From IMG/VR virus record IMGVR_UViG_3300035701_009377, positions 1 through 64,000 of that record: a stretch of 64,000 nt of DNA; one strand, given 5' to 3'. The DNA comes from a virus. The position numbers and the translations under genes are program-made. The notes beneath the pieces are model-generated. The model was not told where the DNA came from and searched no databases. It saw only the letters and a list, made by a program, of their open reading frames with translations. Positions 18,540 through 27,272 of the stretch are shown one piece after another; the stretch's first letter is position 1; each line of letters opens with the position of its first letter.

Positions 18540-18686
18540 TTACATGCCTTTCGATGCTTTCCAGCCGAAAAAGCAGACGGCGGCCAGTCCCAGGACCATG
18601 ACGACGGCGGCTATCGGCGGCGCGGTGATGGTGATGACGACTCCGGCCACGATGCCGGCGATGGTAATGGTGACGGCTTGGCTCAT
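18540..18686 (-). CDS. Small membrane peptide
   Basis: 48 aa, almost entirely hydrophobic, coupled. Confidence 0.5.
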   Translation of the reverse strand: MSQAVTITIAGIVAGVVITITAPPIAAVVMVLGLAAVCFFGWKASKGM

Positions 18687-19408
18687 TACTCTCCTTTCAT
18701 GCGTTTGATGGTTTGCAGGTAATACGTCTCGCAATTGCGGCAGAGCCGGCAGTACGATCCTTCCAGACTTCCGCAGTAGGAAACGAGCCGATTGCCCCTG
18801 AACAGGCCCATGACGTAGCGGATGAAGCCGGCGGTCGGACACCAGTACGAGTTGATGTGTCGCACCCGCCACTCGTAGCACGGGCCGCCCACGGACGTGG
18901 CGACTTCCTCGGGGACTTTCGGCTCGCGGTCGTAATAGGCCATGAACGTGAGCACCACGGGCACGAGCCAATCGGACCAGCGGGAAACCTGTTTGCGGAT
19001 CAGGTTGAGATTGGTAGCCGAGACCCGTAGGCGAGCGAACGTCAGATTGTCAGGTGGTTTGATTCCGTATGGGTCGGCCCCCATCTCCTCTTCCTGGGGA
19101 TTCGCTGTCAGCACAACGGGAGCCGGAAAAGCGAACGTCGGGATCGAGGTGTTGAAGAAGCGGCGCGGATACTTGGCCGTGGCCGCAATCACTTCGTCCC
19201 GGCCGATGTTGCTGTCGTGGCCGCAGTTGACCCGCACGATGCCATCGCCCACCTCCTCGGGATCGGGCATGTGCGGCTTGTGGATGTCCACGTAGAAAGC
19301 GCCTTCCCGATTGTAGAAGCACTGATTGCAGCCAATCGGACACGGCCCGGTTTGCGGCTTGCAGTCGAAGAGGTTGCTGCCCTCTTGCTTTGGGTTTCGT
19401 TTGGTCAT
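18686..19408 (-). CDS. Radical-SAM-like Fe-S protein (short; Gp88-like architecture)
   Basis: N-terminal CPIGCNQCF (CxxxCxxC) and C-terminal C...CRLCRNC. Confidence 0.65.
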   Translation of the reverse strand: MTKRNPKQEGSNLFDCKPQTGPCPIGCNQCFYNREGAFYVDIHKPHMPDPEEVGDGIVRVNCGHDSNIGRDEVIAATAKYPRRFFNTSIPTFAFPAPVVLTANPQEEEMGADPYGIKPPDNLTFARLRVSATNLNLIRKQVSRWSDWLVPVVLTFMAYYDREPKVPEEVATSVGGPCYEWRVRHINSYWCPTAGFIRYVMGLFRGNRLVSYCGSLEGSYCRLCRNCETYYLQTIKRMKGE

Positions 19409-19410
19409 GG

Positions 19411-20175
19411 TCAGAAGTTCGTGAATAGGACTTCGGTTTTCGTTTTGCCCCGGTAGTTGTGCCGTCCGGTTCCGGCGCGGCTGGCGGTCACGCGGTCGAT
19501 GCGGTTCCAGCCGCGGTAGAACTCTGCGGCGTCGGGGTACTCGGAGACAACCACCTTGGCTTTGGCCGAGTGCAGCAGTTCCACCATCGCCGGATAGTCG
19601 ATGCGGTAGCGGTACTCGTTTTCGTGTCCCAGATACGGTGGGTCCATGTACAAAAGGCAGGTGGGGTCGTGGTACACCCGCTCGATGGCAACCAAGGCAT
19701 CCTCGTGAAGCAACTGGACCCCTCGCAGCCGGTTAGCGGCAGGCAGTATCCGGCGGAACCAGTCGGCCCAAACCTCGGGCTTCGGCTTGTGCGGGGCCGG
19801 GCACTTGTCGAGCGACCAGGTGGACGAGTTGCCGTTCCCGCAATAGAACTGTGCTCCCTGGGCCATTAGCAGCACAGCCTGGTCGATGTCACCCACGGGC
19901 TGGTCCCGCCAGTTGGCGGCCGTGTATGGCGTTGCCCAAAGCAGAGCGGCCAGTTGCTCTGGCTGCGACTTGATCGCGCGCCACATACTCGCAATCGCCT
20001 CATCCAGATCGTTGATGATCTCGACGAATGAACGGGGCTTGGCGAGCAATACGGCGGCAGACCCAGCAGCCGGCTCCATGTAGACCCGGTGTGGCGGGAA
20101 GTGCGAGACGATCCATTTGGCGATGGACGCCTTGCCGCCGTACTGACGATAGATGATCTTGGGCATCGCGGTCAC
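19411..20175 (-). CDS. D12-class (Dam-like) N6-adenine DNA methyltransferase
   Basis: YGGK, EPAAGSAAV, EIINDLD, YMDPPY, TEVLFTNF. Confidence 0.9.
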   Translation of the reverse strand: MTAMPKIIYRQYGGKASIAKWIVSHFPPHRVYMEPAAGSAAVLLAKPRSFVEIINDLDEAIASMWRAIKSQPEQLAALLWATPYTAANWRDQPVGDIDQAVLLMAQGAQFYCGNGNSSTWSLDKCPAPHKPKPEVWADWFRRILPAANRLRGVQLLHEDALVAIERVYHDPTCLLYMDPPYLGHENEYRYRIDYPAMVELLHSAKAKVVVSEYPDAAEFYRGWNRIDRVTASRAGTGRHNYRGKTKTEVLFTNF

Positions 20176-21293
20176 TCGGCGTCCCTCCGCCGCCAGAAGC
20201 GGGCCTCTTTCGGGATACCGTCATCGCTGAGTTCGCGGTATTTGAACGTGACCGTCTGACCCTTCTTGAACAGCTTGCCTTCGACCCAGTACGGCGCGTC
20301 CTGGCCGGGGTTGTTGACGGCCCAGTCGCGGGCCATCGGATCGGAGAACGCGCGCTCGGCATCGGTGAGGCCGGATAGTTCCAGCCGCCTGCCCCTGTAA
20401 TCCACGATCAACGCGCCGATCTTGCCGAGGAGTCGACTACCCTTGTTCGTCTCCCGGCCGCTGGTAAAGCCCGCAACGCGGCCCTCGGCATCGAGGAAGG
20501 GCTTGTACTTGAGGATGCCGCTGTGCCGCTTCGGTGTCCAAACGGCGCTGGGATTGCGAATCACCACGCCCTCGCCGCCCTGGTCGAGCACCCGCTGGAG
20601 GAAGATTTCCACCTGCGCGGCGGCCCCATCGGGGAAGTCAACTAGCTTCTCCTGCCGGTGCAGGCAGCATGGCGCATCTGGGTCGCACTTGCTCAGGACG
20701 ACTCGCATGAACTCCAACTCGTCTGCGAAAGCCGCACCCGGCGGCAGACAGCGGTAGCCACCGGGCCGCCTGTGGCTGCCGTCGAGGACTTTCAGTCGGC
20801 AACGGACCCAATCCTCGACGGAAGTGAAGTCGATAGCGGCAACCATGTTGGCATTCTTGATCTGGCCGGTGGCGAAGATCGCGCTCAGTGGTGGAGAGGA
20901 ATAGACGGCGAAGACAATCTTGTTGAATCGCAGGTCAGGCTCATCGCCGCCGCAAATCGAGCGGCAGAGTTGGAAGTTGCCGCGCCCCGCCCATAGCTCG
21001 CCATCCAGCGGACACGCCGGCAGTTTGTTCAGCCACCAGTCCGGGGCCATGATGGGGTTCCCGTAACGACTCCATAGGCCCGTCGCCACGGGCTTGATCT
21101 TGGATTTCTTCTGGCCGGTCTTCGGGTCGATGATCGACGCCCAGGGAACTTGCTCGGTGGGCAGCCCACGGGTGATTCCGCCGTCCCAGAAGCACCTCGT
21201 CCCGTCCAGCTTTTCCGATATGAACCAACCCGCGACATTATGTTTGTGCGGATCGTAGTGATCGGCCAGTTGCAGAAACTCGCGTTTTGCCAT
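20172..21293 (-). CDS. ATP-dependent DNA ligase
   Basis: SEKLDG, LDGELW, EGVVIR, LKYK; C-terminal OB fold (TFKY.ELS.DGIP). Confidence 0.92.
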   Translation of the reverse strand: MAKREFLQLADHYDPHKHNVAGWFISEKLDGTRCFWDGGITRGLPTEQVPWASIIDPKTGQKKSKIKPVATGLWSRYGNPIMAPDWWLNKLPACPLDGELWAGRGNFQLCRSICGGDEPDLRFNKIVFAVYSSPPLSAIFATGQIKNANMVAAIDFTSVEDWVRCRLKVLDGSHRRPGGYRCLPPGAAFADELEFMRVVLSKCDPDAPCCLHRQEKLVDFPDGAAAQVEIFLQRVLDQGGEGVVIRNPSAVWTPKRHSGILKYKPFLDAEGRVAGFTSGRETNKGSRLLGKIGALIVDYRGRRLELSGLTDAERAFSDPMARDWAVNNPGQDAPYWVEGKLFKKGQTVTFKYRELSDDGIPKEARFWRRRDAE

Positions 21294-21460
21294 CAGTGTG
21301 CCTGTGCCGGGAGCAAGGATCGGAGCAGCAGTTCCACGTCAGTGGCCCGCCGGGTATACAGCCGCCGCTCGATGGTGATGGGCCGGCTGTAGACCACCAA
21401 GCCCGGCCAGAACGCGGCCCGCTCCACCCACTCGGCCGGAATGAAATCGACGGTATACAT
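21293..21460 (-). CDS. Small hypothetical protein (55 aa, not in ORF track)
   Basis: MYTVDFIPAEW...QAH*; TGATG-coupled to ligase; directly below promoter copy 2. Confidence 0.5.
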   Translation of the reverse strand: MYTVDFIPAEWVERAAFWPGLVVYSRPITIERRLYTRRATDVELLLRSLLPAQAH

Positions 21461-21490
21461 GGCTTTGACTTGGGGACAATAGTGAAGCTC

Positions 21491-21530
21491 TCTATCAGTT
21501 AAATCACCGTCGCTGTTGAGTCGGAACGGT
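21491..21530 (-). promoter_or_regulatory. Putative phage-specific promoter, copy 2
   Basis: Minus strand ACCGTTCCG-N12-CGGTGATTTAACTGATAGA. Confidence 0.65.
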
Positions 21531-22079
21531 GCTGTGCAATCTTTCTTTGAGGTAGACCAGCGGCTTTCGTCCCCAGGCCGAGTTCCAAGGCCGCGGCACC
21601 AGTATGCCCACCCCGCCGTGGGCCTCGAATTGGCGGATGTTCTCTTCGTTGTCGTCGATTAGCACCGCGCCCGGCTGGGCCAGAAAGTGTTTGCGCGGCG
21701 TGAGGACGTACTGGCGGTGCATCCAGGCCGGGAAGTGGCGATGAATCCACTCCAATTTGCCGGCCACGCAGTCGGGGTCTTTTGTCGGGGCAGTGGCGAT
21801 GCAGACGTTTTCCCGGCCCACGAGACGTGCGGCCTCCTCCAACAGCCAGGGGAAGACCTCGGACTCGGGCACCGTGGCCCACACCTCGCGGCCGATGAAG
21901 TTCCAGAAATCCGGCACTGTGTATTGCCGGCCGCCGAGCCAATTGGTGGCAGCCACGATGTCGTAGCCGACAGGCGGATAATCAGCGTAGTCCGTGGCGC
22001 TCACCTTGCAGCCAAGTTGGTGCAGGGCATACATGGTGAACGTGTTGCACACATCATCCTGATCCAGGAAGATTCTCAT
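21504..22079 (-). CDS. HAD 5'(3')-deoxyribonucleotidase
   Basis: MRIFLDQDDV, IATAP, K..W, LIDD. Confidence 0.85.
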   Translation of the reverse strand: MRIFLDQDDVCNTFTMYALHQLGCKVSATDYADYPPVGYDIVAATNWLGGRQYTVPDFWNFIGREVWATVPESEVFPWLLEEAARLVGRENVCIATAPTKDPDCVAGKLEWIHRHFPAWMHRQYVLTPRKHFLAQPGAVLIDDNEENIRQFEAHGGVGILVPRPWNSAWGRKPLVYLKERLHSTVPTQQRR

Positions 22080-22753
22080 GCCTGTTCTTGGCGGCAGCGC
22101 AGGCCACGCTTTTGGCAGTAATCTGCTTCGATACGGTTCACGATGTTTCCGATCTGCGACTTCTTGTATGGCACCTGAGCGGTGATTTGCCGGTATGTGC
22201 AGCCTGATTCGGATAGCCGCAGGATTTTCCGTTCGGTGTCGTCCTTGCAACAAGAGCGGAGCAGGTCGCGGGCCTGAACCTTTTGTGCCTGCGGAGCTAT
22301 CGGCAGGCGGCAGTGGTCAGGCATTGTGTTCACTACGGAGGGCACCTCGATCTCTTCTCCCTTTGCCTTGGCTCGTTGACGGTCCCCGTGTGACACTTGA
22401 ATTGGCGATTCATCTTCCAGCAGATGTCCGACAGCGGCATTGATGGAGACGCCGATATAACCGTTTGCGTTGGTGCGAACCTTGCCTTCGGCGATCTTAT
22501 TGACAGCCTGGACCAGCGCAAGAAAGCCAGCGCTGGTCAGATCGTCGCGGAGATACGCTAGATGGGGAAACTGGGCCAGAAAACTGTCGACTTTGGCAAC
22601 GACTAGCGGCATGTTGCCCTCAATCATCTGCCGGCGGGCATCAGCGTCACCGGCGACGACAAGCGGATAGAGCCGCTCGTTTTCCTCGACGGAGGACGGT
22701 TCGCCGAGGCGGGCCATGTCGGCAGTCAAATCGCTGTTGTATTGGCTACTCAC
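22076..22753 (-). CDS. Sigma-70-family RNA polymerase sigma factor
   Basis: EENERL...GDADARRQMIEGNMPLVV, DDLTSAGFLALVQAV, C-terminal HTH. Confidence 0.8.
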   Translation of the reverse strand: MSSQYNSDLTADMARLGEPSSVEENERLYPLVVAGDADARRQMIEGNMPLVVAKVDSFLAQFPHLAYLRDDLTSAGFLALVQAVNKIAEGKVRTNANGYIGVSINAAVGHLLEDESPIQVSHGDRQRAKAKGEEIEVPSVVNTMPDHCRLPIAPQAQKVQARDLLRSCCKDDTERKILRLSESGCTYRQITAQVPYKKSQIGNIVNRIEADYCQKRGLRCRQEQA

Positions 22754-23243
22754 AGGTGCGTTCTCCGATGGGGTCGATGCGCCAGGCACAGAAGGGAGCG
22801 AAGCTGCGGGCTTCGCAGGCAGCAGGCGAGTAGTCGTACTCGCCCGCGTCCGGGTCGTAGATGCGGCCGTGGTCGTAGGCGACCGCGTGAAATGAGCGCC
22901 GACTGACTCCTTCGATGACGCCTCGGCTGCCGTTGATCGCGCGCGCAAAGCGCCGCCAGCCGGCATCATCGGTGACGACTTCGCGCGGCTCGTACCTGGG
23001 GCCGGGAGAAAGGATCGGGCATAGTTCGACCGGCGTAACCGCCAGGCCGTGCCGTAGGCACACGTCAACCAATTCCTGAACGTGGAAGCCGGCTCGGCAT
23101 AGCGGCTCAGGCAACACGTGGTTGACGATCTTGCCGCCGTCGTGGCCGATCTCTGCCAGGATGGTGGCGACCGGCATGTCCAGCGCGATGGCGAAGGATG
23201 TCGGCAGACACATCCAGCGCTCGGGTTTGCGTTGTAGGCGCAT
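22746..23243 (-). CDS. Papain-fold C39-like cysteine peptidase
   Basis: Q...C (LQRKPERWMC), GFHVQELVDVCLRHGL, HAVAYD..RIYDP. Confidence 0.6.
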   Translation of the reverse strand: MRLQRKPERWMCLPTSFAIALDMPVATILAEIGHDGGKIVNHVLPEPLCRAGFHVQELVDVCLRHGLAVTPVELCPILSPGPRYEPREVVTDDAGWRRFARAINGSRGVIEGVSRRSFHAVAYDHGRIYDPDAGEYDYSPAACEARSFAPFCAWRIDPIGERTCE

Positions 23244-23288
23244 AGCGTCAGGCAGTTGGCGAAAGGCAACAGTTTCGGGAGCTGCGCG

Positions 23289-23690
23289 TCAGGCCGATAT
23301 GCCTTCGCGGACTAGCTCGGCTAACATGGCGTCGATGTCAGGAACCTGACCCCAAGACGCCTTCCAGTAGTCGCGCCAGTTGGGCGACTTGAACAGCTTG
23401 TCGTAGTTCTCCTGGTCGGCACCCGTGAGAATCCAGATGCCGACGCCGGCCGCCTCCCACAGCGGCCACTTGAGTCGCTGGGCCTTGGTGAACGTGTAGT
23501 TCTTGGTCTGCTTGCAGTCGATCCACCGCTGGCCCCACCTCGGGTGCGAGACGAAAAGGTCGGGGAAGCCGGTCTGAAAGAGGCTTCCGTGGGTGTGCTC
23601 GACCAGCCAGCCCCGCACCCGCAAGTACCGGATCAGGGCTTGCTGGATGTGCCATTCCGGGCCGTGTTTCGGGTGGCAGATGCGTCCCAC
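23289..23690 (-). CDS. VRR-NUC-like nuclease / resolvase
   Basis: E..IQ..., GFPDL, WIDCK, TKAQ. Confidence 0.8.
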   Translation of the reverse strand: MGRICHPKHGPEWHIQQALIRYLRVRGWLVEHTHGSLFQTGFPDLFVSHPRWGQRWIDCKQTKNYTFTKAQRLKWPLWEAAGVGIWILTGADQENYDKLFKSPNWRDYWKASWGQVPDIDAMLAELVREGISA

Positions 23691-26161
23691 TACATCATCT
23701 CCGGCGCTATGATCTTGATGGTGCCGCTTTTCTTCTCGGCCCAATTCGCCATTTCCACATTCCAATTCATCCCGATCAGCGGCACCTTGGGCCGGTAGGA
23801 CTCGACCACCTCGCGGACAATCGGGGTGACGCGGGAAACCATATCCGCGCGGGTGACACACATGATCTCGTCATGGATGTTAATGGGCGCGATGTGCCAG
23901 TCGTTCACCCCGGCCGGCTGCAAGTCCCAAATCCTTCGTTGCAGGTGCTTTGTAATCTCTGCCCCGACGCTCTGGATTTCATGGTTCGCCGCCGCCCGCA
24001 TGTTGGCCCCCTGCATCGAGAAGGCGGCACCATAAAGAGCCGACGAAACGGCACCGCCGGCAGTCTGCACTCGATCGCGGCGGACGACCTTGACCTTGCA
24101 GTCCTTCCAGTGCTTGGGCGGCTTGCAGGCGAGATCGAAAATGGCGCGGGCGATGCGGTTTTCCAGCGTGAAGTAGCGACGGAAGCCCAGCATCGTCTCG
24201 GCGTAGTCGGCGGGCTCTTTCCACATCACCTTCGTGCCGATCCCGCCGGGCTGAGTCATGGAGCAGAAAGAGTCGGCGACCCGCTTCCGCCATTTCTTGA
24301 CGCCCGTAAACCGTTTACCGAAGGTTTCAATAGCCTCCTTGGCGACCCCCTCACTGACGCCCAGGCGCTTGACCAGGGTAGTGTGATCGCCGCCGTAGAG
24401 CATCGTGCCGAAAAACCCCTGCTTGCCCTTTGTGTACATATCGTTGGTCGTGCTGCCATCGCTGGCCTTGACCTCCTCGTAGGTCGAGCCAGGGAACAGC
24501 GCCATGCCGAACAGGGCATGAATCTTCCGGCCGGCGATCAACTCGGCGCGCAGAGCCTCGTCGTTGCACACGGCGTCGGCGATCGTCACCTCGAAGGAAC
24601 TGAAGTCGCCGCCGCACAGCAGATACCCGTTCCAAGCGAGGGGGAACATCTGCCGGACCTCCTTGGTGTGCTTGATGCCCTGGGCGTTGAGGCCATCCGC
24701 CCCGGCCATGCGGGACGAAAGCGCGCCAATCACGACAAACGAGGCGTGAAACTTTCCGGCCGAGATGAGCTTGTCGTAAAGCTCCATTTCCTTGGCCGCG
24801 AACTTCACCGCGAGGATTTCCCTGGCGCGTATGCCGGCTGGGTGCTGGCCGGCCTGCAAGACGCCCGTGCCGCCGCAGCGGGGGCATTGAGGATCGCCGC
24901 CCTCGCACCTGCCGCACGGCTCCGGCTCGCCGACGTAGCACAGACCTTTGCACTGCGGGCACATGTCCGCTTCCTTGCCCAGGTGGCCTTTCCCCTTGCA
25001 CTGGGGGCACAGCTCGCCGACGCCCCACTTGCTGATCGCTTCCAGGTTGGCCTTGTTTGTGGAGGCTTGGAGAAAGACATCCTCGGTGGCGTTCATCACG
25101 GCCGTGACATACTTGCGGACCTCGCCCGGCTTGTTGATGTTCACCGGGCTGGCCGCTACCACGGCCTGGGCCTTGGCCCGCAGTCGCTCGATCCCTTGTC
25201 GGTTGATCGTGAATCCGTGCCAGCGGACGGCCGCCACCATACAGGCCAGAATGGAGTCGTTGTCGCCCGGCGGCGGACAGCCGAAGTGCTTGTCGAGCGC
25301 CCGCGTATAAACGATGTCGTCGTTGGCGTACTCCCGCGCGTCGGCGCGGGTGGACCAGTGTTCGATGTGCTGGCGGATCACGCCCGGCCAGGCGTAGCGC
25401 ACCACCTTCTTGTTGTCTTCGCTGGTGTCGATGGCCCAGCCCCGTTCAGGACTGGATACGTGCAGGGCCGTGGGGGCGTAGCCCAGTTCATACGGCCGCC
25501 AAGCGGCCGGCGGCTCAACGTCCTTGAAGTGGAACTTGGGCGTCAGTTTCAGGGCGTGCTCGGCCAGGAATTTGAGGCCGCCGGCCGGATTGAACTTCAA
25601 CACGACATCCTTGAAGTCGGGGTCGATGTCGTCGAAGCGGTCCTTGCGGTCGAACACTTGCCACTTGGGGGCCTCCGGATCGGCGGATTTGGCGAAGTAG
25701 ATGCTGTCCAGTTGGATGCGGCCTTCCAGTTCGCGGGCCAGGGCGTAAGCCAGGGCCGTGGGCACCCGCTTGATGCGGATGTCTTCGCGGGCCATGAGCG
25801 CCTGGTAAGGCCCTTTGCGGCTGTGGAGCATCAAGTCCAGGGCGGACGCCGGCTTGACGCACGGGCCGTCCTGCCCCTTCGGTTCCAGCATCGCTATCTC
25901 GGCGATGTGCTCTTCGGGAATCCAATCCGGGTCGCAGAGCTGGAAGACGGTGTAGATTTTGCAGACGTGGAACCAATCGAAGGACAGGTTGAAGCCCACG
26001 ATGGCGTGGCCGCAAAGCCATTTGATGAGCGCTAGAGTCTCCCGGATCGGCCGCCGCCATACCTCGTGGAGGACGATGGGGCCGTCTTCTTCGGCGTACT
26101 GCAACAGCACCATCGTGCTGTGCAGTCCGCACGTCTCGGTGTCGAGATAAACTTTGCTCAT
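23690..26161 (-). CDS. Family A DNA polymerase with 3'-5' exonuclease and DnaJ-type Zn-finger insert
   Basis: LDTET, GFNLSFD, YANDD; DFSSFE, KQGFFGTMLYG, IHDEI; four CxxC in thumb region. Confidence 0.92.
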   Translation of the reverse strand: MSKVYLDTETCGLHSTMVLLQYAEEDGPIVLHEVWRRPIRETLALIKWLCGHAIVGFNLSFDWFHVCKIYTVFQLCDPDWIPEEHIAEIAMLEPKGQDGPCVKPASALDLMLHSRKGPYQALMAREDIRIKRVPTALAYALARELEGRIQLDSIYFAKSADPEAPKWQVFDRKDRFDDIDPDFKDVVLKFNPAGGLKFLAEHALKLTPKFHFKDVEPPAAWRPYELGYAPTALHVSSPERGWAIDTSEDNKKVVRYAWPGVIRQHIEHWSTRADAREYANDDIVYTRALDKHFGCPPPGDNDSILACMVAAVRWHGFTINRQGIERLRAKAQAVVAASPVNINKPGEVRKYVTAVMNATEDVFLQASTNKANLEAISKWGVGELCPQCKGKGHLGKEADMCPQCKGLCYVGEPEPCGRCEGGDPQCPRCGGTGVLQAGQHPAGIRAREILAVKFAAKEMELYDKLISAGKFHASFVVIGALSSRMAGADGLNAQGIKHTKEVRQMFPLAWNGYLLCGGDFSSFEVTIADAVCNDEALRAELIAGRKIHALFGMALFPGSTYEEVKASDGSTTNDMYTKGKQGFFGTMLYGGDHTTLVKRLGVSEGVAKEAIETFGKRFTGVKKWRKRVADSFCSMTQPGGIGTKVMWKEPADYAETMLGFRRYFTLENRIARAIFDLACKPPKHWKDCKVKVVRRDRVQTAGGAVSSALYGAAFSMQGANMRAAANHEIQSVGAEITKHLQRRIWDLQPAGVNDWHIAPINIHDEIMCVTRADMVSRVTPIVREVVESYRPKVPLIGMNWNVEMANWAEKKSGTIKIIAPEMM

Positions 26162-26164
26162 TTT

Positions 26165-26479
26165 TCAGAACACGTCGTAATGCCAACCCTTGCCGACAAC
26201 CCGCGCCGATGCGACAGGACCGGAAGTGTAGACGCCATTGCGGAACCTGATTCGCATGGCCAACCCCTTGCCGATCCAACCGTTCCGGCCGCCGCTCGGC
26301 CCGATGCTGGAAAGGAGTTGTCCTACCGTGGTCTGATGCAGAGCAGGGTCCGTGGAACTGATTTCCGCCAGGCCCAATGCCGGAGTCATCACCTTTAGCT
26401 CGTAGAGGCGAGTGTCCGTTTCCAGCAGGACGCTGTTGCCCGGCGCGAGCCGCCGCAGGTCGATTCCAGTCTCAGCCAT
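26165..26479 (-). CDS. Hypothetical beta-rich protein
   Basis: ORF with RBS in operon. Confidence 0.6.
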   Translation of the reverse strand: MAETGIDLRRLAPGNSVLLETDTRLYELKVMTPALGLAEISSTDPALHQTTVGQLLSSIGPSGGRNGWIGKGLAMRIRFRNGVYTSGPVASARVVGKGWHYDVF

Positions 26480-27272
26480 CAGTGCGTCCTTCCCGCTCGA
26501 TGTCGGCAATCAGTTCCTCGTCGTTCACGTCGCCGGCGCACCAAGCCGCGACCCGTGGAGCCAAGCCGGCTATGCCCGCGTCGAACATGCGGGCGATCAT
26601 CCTGGAAATCTGGGCCTTTGTCCGCCGATGCTGGAAGCGGCCTTTACACGCCCTGCTCAATCCGGGCAGGAACTTCCCCTTGCCCCGCTCGCGGGCCTCG
26701 GTAATCTCGCGGGCAATCCTGATCTGATCGTCCGGCCCTTCTTCTCCGGCGATCCGATCCAGGTTGACCGCCGAGAGCAGGCCGGCGGCAGCCTTCTGTT
26801 GCACTTCCTCCGGCATTTCCAAGAGCCGCAACCGGACATGGACCCAGCGGGTCGGCTGCTTCAACTCCTGGGCGGCGTGCCGCAGGCTGGCGCCGTTGGG
26901 ATAGAGGTTTCCGATCGCGCGGGCCTCTTCCAGGACATTGAGGCTCTTGCGTTGCAGGTTCTCCACGAAGTTCAACATGCGGGCTTCGTGGTCGCTCAGG
27001 CCCTCACAGACGTAGGCCGGTATCTCGGTCCATTTCAGAAATACGGTCACAGCCTTGAAGCGGCGGTGCCCCACGATCAAACGATATTGGAAACCGCCCT
27101 CGGTCCACGGCTGTACCGCGACTGGGCAGATCAGCCGGCCCGCTTCGGCGATGCTGTCGGCCAGTTCCTTGACGGATTGCAGCGTGAACTCGCCCCGGCA
27201 GTTGAAGTCGGCATCGTAGTAGATGGCCGCCACCGGGACCGAATACGCTTGGTATTTTTCCAGCGGCTTCAT
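26472..27272 (-). CDS. parB: ParB/Spo0J family protein
   Basis: ELADSI...P..V, LIVGHRRFKA, ENLQRKSLNVLEEA, HTH. Confidence 0.88.
   Translation of the reverse strand: MKPLEKYQAYSVPVAAIYYDADFNCRGEFTLQSVKELADSIAEAGRLICPVAVQPWTEGGFQYRLIVGHRRFKAVTVFLKWTEIPAYVCEGLSDHEARMLNFVENLQRKSLNVLEEARAIGNLYPNGASLRHAAQELKQPTRWVHVRLRLLEMPEEVQQKAAAGLLSAVNLDRIAGEEGPDDQIRIAREITEARERGKGKFLPGLSRACKGRFQHRRTKAQISRMIARMFDAGIAGLAPRVAAWCAGDVNDEELIADIEREGRTDG

Noticed and set aside
23873-26035. Long + strand ORFs opposite real genes (also 29362-30474, 51205-52788, 58478-59563; and 39072-40532 on the minus strand)
   Set aside because: Antisense shadows expected in GC-rich DNA; no motifs, and the opposite strand has clear domain signatures.
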